A stretch of 49,084 bases of DNA, filler included, from Streblomastix strix (lineage: Eukaryota): the NCBI GenBank assembly GCA_008636045.1. It is 3 parts of 3 records of this genome, joined end to end, with 100 filler letters (N's around TTAATTAATTAA, not from the genome) between each part and the next. Parts side by side here need not be neighbours in the genome. Positions count along the whole stretch, not along the records: positions 1 to 16,298 come from SNRW01000844.1; 2 more parts are not named here. One strand, given 5' to 3'. Made by a program: the position numbers and the translations under genes. Below are positions 1-9,269 of the stretch, piece by piece (position 1 is the stretch's first letter; each line of letters begins with the position of its first letter). Below the pieces are notes generated by a model, which saw only the letters and a list, made by a program, of their open reading frames with translations, searched no databases and was not told the origin of the DNA.

Positions 1-276
1 TAAATTCTATATACTATTATCGCTTTAATTCTAATTTTTGTGATCCACTTATGTTTTATTAATAGGGTCATCATTCTCAACAAATTACTCCGCAATCAAT
101 CTATGTAATGAATAATTTTTTCCTCCAATTCCTACGTGCAAATATCCACTATTATTCTTACTGAATTTAGGAATAAATCCATCTTCCTTTCTTCGAATTA
201 CCCATGGCTCTTGTGTTGAAATCTCATATTTTTCATTTGCTTTAAGTGTAACGAATTCTGTTTCTGTTTCTGACAT
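1..276 (-). CDS. HNH endonuclease, N-terminal part (runs off the contig end)
   Basis: Table 6: MSETETEFVTLKANEKYEIS...GYLHVGIGGKNYSLHRLIAEQFVENDDPINKTQVDHKNQNQSDNSIQNL. This is the HRLIAEQF...VDHxNxxxxDNxxxNL HNH_3 motif. Confidence 0.9.
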
Positions 277-328
277 TTATAATAAGATTAAAAAAATAAA
301 AATAATATCTAATTACTTATTTATTCAG

Positions 329-418
329 GTGAAGTTCGTTCACTTTCCTTCAGAGGATGTTTCATCCCCCAATTGAAGATTGGAAAAGCCTGCTTTAGCA
401 TAACTTCGATTCGCAAGC
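329..418 (-). promoter_or_regulatory. Structured intergenic motif, copy A (mirror 15881-15970 +)
   Basis: Shares TAAAGCAGGCTTTT and CTGAAGGAAAGT blocks with 3040-3065. A 30-nt two-hairpin insert lies between the blocks. Confidence 0.5.
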
Positions 419-544
419 GTATTTGATACCTGCCTCATAAATTACTTTCCAAATAGCATGCCAATCAATATGGAGCTATTCAAGAGCGTTAATTGCAATG
501 GTTATATTTGCAGTGAGTGGTTCAAAGATAGTCATTTTGATTTG
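362..544 (-). CDS. Possible 3' fragment of the viral gene upstream of HNH (QIKMTIFEPLTANITIAINALEQLHIDWHAIWKVIYEAGIKY...)
   Basis: Open table-6 frame ending in TGA, cut at the ~545 inversion junction. No recognisable domain, and the frame choice is uncertain. Confidence 0.3.
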
Positions 545-546
545 TG

Positions 547-831
547 AAAAATAAAACCTAACACAATAGTGATGTTATTTACGAGTATGTTGATGAAATA
601 CCTGATGATGCTATAGTAATTAATGATTATGGAACACATATATTTGAATTCTATTTCTATAGTTAAGAAACAGATAAATTTTATTACTATAATGGGTTAA
701 AATATAGAATATTACACACCAACGAAGTAAAACGAGATGGATCATTATTTGTTTATGCTTAAGATACTGATAGTAAGTAAGTAAATATTTACATTAATAA
801 ATTCAAAAGACTGTATAACATAATTAATTGA
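547..831 (+). CDS. HNH endonuclease, C-terminal part, inverted relative to its N-terminal part
   Basis: KNKTQHNSDVIYEYVDEIPDDAIVINDYGTHIFEFYFYSQETDKFYYYNGLKYRILHTNE...KFKRLYNIIN*. No start codon. Resembles (from recall) the C-terminal domain of trichomonad Maverick HNH proteins. Confidence 0.75.
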
Positions 832-859
832 ATCATTATTTTTGCTTACTTATTATAAA

Positions 860-2665
860 ATGGCTTAAAGAGAGTAACAATAAATTGATCAACAAAAAAA
901 TATAGATTCTTATACAACAGCTTACTATTATTTGTATAATTTTGATAACACGAATAATGTTATATTAACAAAGTTCGATATGAAGAAACTACTAAATAAA
1001 GATTCTGAAAAAAGACTAATTGAACTTGGAGATTATTATACTAGTTACTTAACAAATGATGATTATACTAAATTATGGGATAAATATAAGAGTTGGGCAC
1101 AAGATGAAAATCCAGATTTATATAAATTTATCATTGCATAGGAGTAAACAGATTAATAAATCGTATAAGCAAGATATAGATCAATTAAAGAAAAACAGAA
1201 TCAAAACCCTCTAATTTAAGTCAGTTATCATGTTGTTGAACCATCCAAACCGATTTTACTGGAATAGAGATAAATTTAACCTATTTAACCTAAACCCTAG
1301 GCTAAAAAATAAAGTTTGTCAATTACTTCTGTTGTTGAATTAAATAAATTAACGTAGTAGGTTGGGGATATAGTTAGTGAATAAGAATAATTCAATTTAG
1401 ATAATGATATAGATCCAAACACAAAAATAAATGCAATGCTTTAATAAGAAAGCATTAATTCAAAATAGTCATTTTATACCAGTTTTCTGAATTATAAATT
1501 CACATAAAAACAGTTCAAAGTATTGGATTAAATAGCATAAAACATTAATTTTGTAGACTAATCTCTTAGTTAATGGTACGATTAATACATTTTGTAGTAT
1601 TCTGAGAAATATCCATAGAAAATTTATACTTAACTTAAACCGAAGAAATTAAAAAAGCAATCTAAGAAAGATTAATTATATTAAGAAATAACATAAAAGC
1701 AATTCCCATTCAAATCAAAGTATGATGTTATCCGTAAAGCTAATTACTATGATATTCCAACACATTAAACTAAGAACTAATTTGATATTTATCCTTCAAC
1801 TAATACCTTAGAACCACATGACTATTAACTAAAACCACTATCTAAATTTGAAAGACCATACTTTTCGCCCCTATATAATTCATGGGAAATTGATTAAGTA
1901 TTCATTATGAAAAAGAATGTTGAAATAAAACAATACCTATTCGCTATTAATGTTAACACTAAATATCTAGTAGTAATTCCAGTTAAATCTAAATCATAAA
2001 TTTCAATCGTTGATGCTCTCAAATAACTTATATCACTTGTTCCTATCTCTGACATTAGAGGTGATGGTGAGAAAGCTTATGCATCAAAATTATTGAATGA
2101 TTTCTATAAGAAAAATAACATAAATACATTCTTCACCTCAAGCAAATTCACCAACCATAATAGAGTAATTGATAGAGTAATTCGAACAATAAGAAACGCA
2201 TTTGGCAATAACATTTATGAACTCGCTAATGAATAATTAATGTAATAAATTGTTGATTTATATAATCATACACCGCATATGGCTTACGAAAATAAATATA
2301 GTCCCCAATAAGTTCAAAATGATAAGAAATTAGAAGGATAATACATTTATCAGTAACAGCAAAAGCTGAATGAAGTAATAAGATTACAAAAATAATATGG
2401 TCTTAAGAAGTACGTTAGGGGTAATATTTTGCTGTTACATGTCGATACCGCAAAGACTAAACATTAATTTGAAAAAATAAGACGAAATTTCAATAATATA
2501 GGTGTGTTTACTGAGTATGTTAATGGAAACGTTAAAGTTGAGTTATTGAATCCATATAGTGATTTAAAAACAGTAATATTACCAGTATTCTTTACAAAGT
2601 TAGTGGCAAAAAACATTAATGAATTAGATAATGAATATAAATAATACTTTAGATTAAAATTATGA
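860..2665 (+). CDS. Retroviral-like (rve, Maverick-type) integrase, 601 aa, DD35D triad
   Basis: Single table-6 ORF, ATG860-TGA2665. Contains SWEIDQVF...YLFAINVNTKYLVVIPVKSK...IRGDGEKAY...NHNRVIDRVIRTIRNAF...YNHTPH. Confidence 0.92.
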
Positions 2666-2690
2666 ATTTATTTTTTTAGTTAATCATAAA

Positions 2691-3002
2691 ATGGAGACAA
2701 CAATTGAATAACCATAGATTCTAGCCTAAAGTCAAAATGAAACTATTGAAAAGAGACCAGTTGGAAGGCCCAAAAAATACTTAACAGATGCAGATAGAAA
2801 GGCAGCAATTCGTAATTAATAATTGGAAACAAAAAGAAGATACGCGTAAAAGAAAGCATAAATTCACAGTAGAAATAACACATCACAAAAATAGTTAATG
2901 AAATTATTATCTGATTATAACTTTAAAGAGGATGATATGGATTTTTTGTTAGAATATTTATAAACTGACATAGAATAAAAGATCATACCGAATAATAATT
3001 GA
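2691..3002 (+). CDS. Small basic AT-hook DNA-binding protein, 103 aa
   Basis: METTIEQ...EKRPVGRPKKYLTDADRKAAIRNQQLETKRRYAQKK. GRP core flanked by K/R residues. Confidence 0.8.
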
Positions 3003-3080
3003 GTGTGGAGTCTGCTATTCCGTAGGATTAAGCTTCGCATAAAGCAGGCTTTTCTGAAGGAAAGTAATTCACATCACTCT
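3001..3080 (+). promoter_or_regulatory. Structured intergenic motif, copy B (mirror 13219-13298 -)
   Basis: GC-richer island starting at the AT-hook stop. GAGTG/CACTC closing stem, GAGTCTGCT/AGCAGGCTT stem, TCC-GTA-GGA hairpin. Shares 26 nt with copy A. Confidence 0.55.
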
Positions 3081-3106
3081 AATATTTATTTTTTATTTTG
3101 TTGAAA

Positions 3107-3268
3107 ATGATATTCGAAATAATAGTCAGTACTTCATTAATACTTATAACATTAGTCGAGATATCTAATCTGTTTTTGATAAGTACTGCATTCACTATAG
3201 TAAATGGAATAGATAAACATAATCACGAAGATTAATAGAAGAAAGAGTATTTATCTATGTTTAATTGA
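3107..3268 (+). CDS. Small putative membrane protein, 53 aa
   Basis: MIFEIIVSTSLILITLVEISNLFLISTAFTIVNGIDKHNHEDQQKKEYLSMFN*. Hydrophobic N-terminus and the same TTATTTT...AAAATG start context as its neighbours. Confidence 0.6.
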
Positions 3269-3300
3269 GGGCATATGTTGCTTATTTTTGTTAGAACAAA

Positions 3301-3861
3301 ATGACGTAAATAGTATCATCTATATAACCACCATCACCCAACCCAATAGGTGCAATTGCAGAAGTTGGATCACCATTTGAAAAAAACTAATAACCTGCTA
3401 TTGATTCACCTACCAGTCAATCTAGCCGATGAAGAAGCTCAATATTTGAAACTGAATTAATTGCAGATTCATCAGTATGTAAATGGTTATTGGATATAAT
3501 TAGTGAAGATGAACATATGTTTAAAGAATCAGCTCATTTCATTTTATCTGAACCTTAACTCATTCGTGTTGTTGCATATACATTTGATGTTAATGAATAA
3601 TAAGTTAAACTGAATGAAGATGTTAGTACATGCTGCACTAAATTCATGAATGATGGTACAATAACATTAACTGAGATCACTATTGGAAATGTAAATATTC
3701 ATACATTAGATGAAAATAAAGTTAATTTGTTAAGAGATACTTATAAATTATGTTTGTAGAAGGTAAGAAAGATAACATCTATATTAGACTTAAGCGAGAT
3801 ATCATCAAGAGTAATGTAAGCAGTATCGAAAGGATTATTAGCAGTTCTAAATAAAATTTGA
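3301..3861 (+). pseudogene. Viral hypothetical protein (~186 codons) with one in-frame TGA at 3430-3432
   Basis: MTQIVSSIQPPSP...SQSSR*RSSIFETELIADSSVCKWLLDIISEDEHMFKESAHFILSEPQLIRVV...DVSTCCTKF...LNKI*. The frame is open on both sides of the TGA. Confidence 0.6.
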
Positions 3862-3891
3862 CATATAGTTGAGTTGTTTATTTTTGAATAA

Positions 3892-6800
3892 ATGACATCA
3901 AGTGAAGCACATGTGATGGATGTAATATAAGTACATGATGAAACATTATTTGGTAGCGTTAGATACAATAAAATTGGATTGGTAGAATAAGTTCAAAACA
4001 TTAATAATCAAATTAATAATATAAATAATGCTCCTGTACTGGATGTATACACTAAATGTTAAATTGATTCAAAGCTAGGATTGAAAGCTGATAAAACATA
4101 ATTAATCGATTATTACACTAAGACTGAAGATGATGTATTATTATTAGAAAAAGCGGATAAATCAACAACGTACACAAAATCCGAAGATGATGCATTATTG
4201 TTATTGAAAGCTGATAAATCATAATTAATTGATTCATACACAAAATCCGAAGATGATGCATTGTTGTTATTGAAAGCTGATAAATCATAATTAATTGATA
4301 GTTATACAAAATCCGAAGATGATGCGTTATTGCTCGCAAAAGCGGATAAAACAACTACGTACACTAAATCTGAAGATGATGCATTATTGTTATTGAAAGC
4401 CGATAAGACATAATTAATCGATAGTTATACAAAATCATAAGATGATGCATTATTGTTACTGAAAGCGGATAAAGCAACAACGTATACAAAGACAGAAGAT
4501 GATGCACTCTTACTATTGAAAGCTAATGCTGCTGATTTAACAAATTATGTTGATACAAATTCTGCACAAACAATTACTGGTACAAAATAATTCGGAGTTA
4601 TTTCTGCTACAACCATATCGAAATTAACAAAAAATGATGCATCTATTCTTCTCGCTGGTGGTGGAGATATGTTAGTGAGTACTTTAGTGAATTAACCATA
4701 ATTATAAGAGGTTAGAGATATTGCAATAGGAAGGTCGAAAGGTTATGTATTCAGTACACTAGCAGAATTGAACAGTTGGATGGCAATTCCAGACAATGTT
4801 GCAAAGCTATCAATTGGAGATAGTTTATATATAGTAGATTCATAAGTTATAGATTATTGGTGGGATGGAACTTAACTTAGAGAATTAGAAACATAATTAC
4901 CTGATTTAACTAATGTTGTTACTTCTCTCGGTACAGCAACGGGAAGTGGTAATGCTATAACAGACTTATCTATTACTGGTAATATAATCACGCCCCAGAA
5001 AAATATGACATTTGTTAATACTGATTATGATCAAAATATTAGTGGTTCAAAATTATTTACAAGCACTATTCACTCATATGGTATTAATTATTAGGGTTAT
5101 GATAATTCTTCAGTATTCCTTGCGGGTGGTGGAGTAAGATCAATAGCTGATATTCAAAGTAATTCGTATTCTAAATCGGAAGATGATGCGTTATTGTTAG
5201 CAAAAGCAGATAAATCATAATTAATCGATAGTTATACAAAAGCATAAGATGATGCGTTATTGTTAGCAAAAGCGGATAAATTAACTACTTACACTAAATC
5301 TGAAGATGATGCATTATTATTATTGAAAGCGGATAAAACCCAATTAATTGATAGTTACACAAAAGCATAAGATGATGCGTTATTGTTAGCAAAAGCGGAT
5401 GTATTGACGACATACAATAAAACAAAAATAGATGAAATGATTGGTAATAAAGTTGATAATTAAACATTAGTAAATTTAGTAAATACAACTGAAGATTAAA
5501 TTGTTAACGGTAATAAGTAATTTACAAGTAACGTTACTGCTACTGGATTCGCAAAATCTGGTAAAGATAATACATCTATTCTATTAGCGGGTGGTGGTGA
5601 TATATTGTTATCGTCATTATAGGCGGGTGAAGTAGATTTATCGAATTATTATACGAAAACATAAGATGATGCATTACTGTTAGCAAAAGCGGATAAATTA
5701 ACTACGTACACTAAATCAGAAGATGATGCATTGTTGTTATTAAAGGCAGACAAGACATAATTAATTGATAGTTATACAAAAGCATAAGATGATGCATTAT
5801 TGTTATTAAAGGCTGATAAAACACAATTAATTGATAGTTACACAAAAACATAAGATGATGCATTATTGCTTGCAAAAGCGGATAAATTAACTACGTACAC
5901 TAAATCAGAAGATGACGCATTATTGTTATTGAAAGCTGATAAAACCCAATTAATTGATAGTTACACAAAAGCATAAGATGATGCATTACTACTTGCAAAA
6001 GCGGATAAATTAACAACGTACACAAAAACAGAAACCGATAATTTAATAGCATAGATTGATGTTGGAGATGTTGATTTGAGTTCTTATTACACGAAAACGA
6101 AAACAAACGAATTATTGGGTGAGAAAGCAAATACGATTGATCTATCTAATTATGTTACTGTAGCTACATCATAGACAATAACAGCAAATAAAACGTTTAA
6201 TAATAGTTGTAGATTCGCAAGTTCTATTGATGGAATGTCAACAATTACAGGCACATCATTTATTAAATCAGGTGCTGATGATAGTGTTGTATTACTTGGA
6301 GCTGGTGGTACAAAACCAATATCTGAATTTGTTAGCGCGCCAACAGATTTATCAAATTATTACACAAAAACAGAAACATATTCACAAACAGAATCGAATA
6401 ATAGATACGTAAGATTATAAGGATCCGTTTAATAAACTATTACTGGAAGATTAAAATATGTTAATCCATTCGGTTACTAAGATGAAACATAAGATCCTGT
6501 AGATAATACTTATTTAACAATGTCAGAAGTAGATGCAAAACTAACTTCTAAAATTGATTCAAGTGCATTAGATAATTACGTTAATACAGTCAATAACTAA
6601 TCGATTAATGGAACAAAAACATTCAACGCTACTGTTAATGCTACTGGATTTGCAAAATCGGGTAAAGATGATACATCAGTTCTACTTGCGGGTGGTGGTG
6701 ATAGACTATTATCATCATTTGGAGGGATTGAAGATTTAACATCTTCTGCATTTTCTGGTATGAATGGAGCAGTTTCATCATATAGTTTAATTAGAATCGG

Positions 6801-7029
6801 AAATCTATACATATTTTCATTACTTGCTTGTGGAGGAAATTATAATATGGGAACATTTAATCCTGATTACTTAGTTTAGAATGATGATGTTATAACATAT
6901 ATACCATTTCCGAATCAAACTGTCGATAAAGGTGGTTATGTATCGATTACACATTCTAACGGACTTATTACCTGTAAATCAACATCCAATACATATAGAT
7001 AATGCGCTTCTGCTACGTGGGTTAAATGA
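3892..7029 (+). CDS. Phage-tail-fibre-like repetitive protein, 1045 aa
   Basis: Uninterrupted table-6 ORF. About 17 YTKSEDDALLLLKADK repeats, five QTITGxKxF...SV/ILLAGGG modules, a GDSLYIVDSQVIDYWWDG domain and a ~100-aa beta-rich C-terminal head (YSLIRIGNLYIF...SATWVK*). Confidence 0.85.
4084..6040 (+). repeat. Three coding tandem arrays of mixed 57-nt (19-aa) and 66-nt (22-aa) units
   Basis: Arrays at ~4084-4530, ~5167-5400 and ~5650-6040. Units are KADKxTTYTKSEDDALLLL and KADKxQLIDSYTKxxDDALLLx, with many synonymous differences. Confidence 0.9.
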
Positions 7030-7078
7030 AAATTAGATGCAAACATAGGTTCAATTCGTATTATTTTTGGACTATAAA

Positions 7079-8251
7079 ATGACAAGTTACATAGATGAAG
7101 CATTACTTGACGCTGCTGGTTTAACAGATTTTCCAGAATTATACGCATATATCCATGAACGTGAACCTAAACCAATTATTGATGGAATAGCTAATTAAAT
7201 TACAGTTGGACCATAATATCTGTAAGATTAAGTGAAAGATAATGACGATAAATTGTAAGTTCCAATACCATAGCCTATTGATCCTATTCCAGTACCATAA
7301 GTGTAAATATTTTCAATTCCTGCGGGCGATGTAGTATCTAGTGTTATTCAAATTGATGGTCATTAACCTATTTAATTTCATAAATTAAGAAGCAAGGTAG
7401 TGTATAATGTTCCTCTGCATATTAAAGAGGATTTTATGGGATATATTTTCACAAAATTTCCTGAAGAATTATGTCCCTAGAGTAGGCATGCATTAGTGCT
7501 AGGATATGACCTCGATCGTAAATAAAATATTATGGGATATATTGATGAAAAAGGGATTTATCTCGGTGCAAGTATTGGAAGTATTGATTAAATTACTAAA
7601 ATAAAAGGAAATATCGATATTGCAATCGCAGGTGTTTATTACACAGATTATGAACCAAAAAGAAGAGCAACAGCTGATATGAATGGTGATGGAAAGTTAA
7701 ATATAGTAGATGATTGGTTTGTTCATTAAAATAGCGATGGATAATCTTATTCGTGGGTACAGGATGTTGTATAAAAATAAACGAAAAACATTGGATTGGG
7801 TGTTGAACCGTATGATCCAACTCTTGTTAATATGTTACCGAATTACTTTAATAATAACACTATCCTTGCCGATAATAATACATTTGGACCACTTCGTGCA
7901 GCATATTTTGTTAAAGAAGGACCAATATGTACATTTAATTTTCAAGCAGAATTAGCAAGCTAACATACTAATAATGTGTTCAAATTATTTAAATCAATAG
8001 ATTCAGATCTATAACCCACAATACCTAAATATTTTCCAATAAAAACTTCATTTACCTCTTTCGTTGGTATGATATAAATTAATCCAAAAGATACACCAGA
8101 TGTAACTATTAATTAAGGATTATCGTAAGCCCCAGTTGACCTATGTGATTTCTAGGGATGTTATGTAATTGATCCTCAAGCATAAGATAATAGCAATGCC
8201 GCACCAATTATAAATGATGCAATTTCACATATTGACGAAAGAGGTAAATGA
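7079..8251 (+). CDS. Second putative virion fibre/receptor-binding-like protein, truncated by the fold-back (390 codons as assembled)
   Basis: ATG7079 reads through the spacer and stops 5 codons into the right arm. Two beta-rich blocks (FHKLRSKVVYNV...FPEELCP and FVKEGPICTFNF...IDSDLQP) and a DMNGDGKLNIVD loop. Confidence 0.65.
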
Positions 8252-9220
8252 AGTTTTTATTGGAAAATATTTAGGTATTGTGGGTTATAGATCTGAATCT
8301 ATTGATTTAAATAATTTGAACACATTATTAGTATGTTAGCTTGCTAATTCTGCTTGAAAATTAAATGTACATATTGGTCCTTCTTTAACAAAATATGCTG
8401 CACGAAGTGGTCCAAATGTATTATTATCGGCAAGGATAGTGTTATTATTAAAGTAATTCGGTAACATATTAACAAGAGTTGGATCATACGGTTCAACACC
8501 CAATCCAATGTTTTTCGTTTATTTTTATACAACATCCTGTACCCACGAATAAGATTATCCATCGCTATTTTAATGAACAAACCAATCATCTACTATATTT
8601 AACTTTCCATCACCATTCATATCAGCTGTTGCTCTTCTTTTTGGTTCATAATCTGTGTAATAAACACCTGCGATTGCAATATCGATATTTCCTTTTATTT
8701 TAGTAATTTAATCAATACTTCCAATACTTGCACCGAGATAAATCCCTTTTTCATCAATATATCCCATAATATTTTATTTACGATCGAGGTCATATCCTAG
8801 CACTAATGCATGCCTACTCTAGGGACATAATTCTTCAGGAAATTTTGTGAAAATATATCCCATAAAATCCTCTTTAATATGCAGAGGAACATTATACACT
8901 ACCTTGCTTCTTAATTTATGAAATTAAATAGGTTAATGACCATCAATTTGAATAACACTAGATACTACATCGCCCGCAGGAATTGAAAATATTTACACTT
9001 ATGGTACTGGAATAGGATCAATAGGCTATGGTATTGGAACTTACAATTTATCGTCATTATCTTTCACTTAATCTTACAGATATTATGGTCCAACTGTAAT
9101 TTAATTAGCTATTCCATCAATAATTGGTTTAGGTTCACGTTCATGGATATATGCGTATAATTCTGGAAAATCTGTTAAACCAGCAGCGTCAAGTAATGCT
9201 TCATCTATGTAACTTGTCAT
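8235..9220 (-). CDS. Mirror copy (partial) of the second fibre/RBP-like gene
   Basis: Reverse complement of 7079-8064. Confidence 0.6.
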
Positions 9221-9269
9221 TTTATAGTCCAAAAATAATACGAATTGAACCTATGTTTGCATCTAATTT

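Larger units (their letters stand above)
1..8251 (+). mobile_element. Partial Maverick/Polinton-like viral element (left-arm copy plus spacer)
   Basis: Tightly packed (25-105 bp gaps), intronless, co-oriented table-6 ORFs: rve integrase, HNH endonuclease, AT-hook protein and fibre-like proteins. No pPolB, packaging ATPase, capsid gene or TIR recognised in this fragment. Confidence 0.8.

Noticed and set aside
300..545. Group I intron hosting the HNH gene (AAGATAGTC resembles the S element)
   Set aside because: No matching P7 partner or P/Q elements found, and no interrupted host exon. The region is explained by the inversion.
3040..3070. Hammerhead ribozyme (CTGAAG...GAAA)
   Set aside because: The core reads CUGAAGG rather than CUGANGA, and there is no stem II before GAAA.
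3859..3894. Readthrough fusion of the 3301 gene to the fibre gene (same frame)
   Set aside because: Same frame has a 1-in-3 chance, and the gap carries the same promoter-like motif as other independent genes.
4084..6040. Regular direct repeats resembling a CRISPR array
   Set aside because: Units are multiples of 3, abut without unique spacers, vary at synonymous sites and lie inside one long ORF. No cas genes.
3892..8234. Contaminating bacteriophage contig
   Set aside because: In-frame TAA as well as TAG codons, no Shine-Dalgarno pattern, and linkage to a eukaryotic-type rve integrase.
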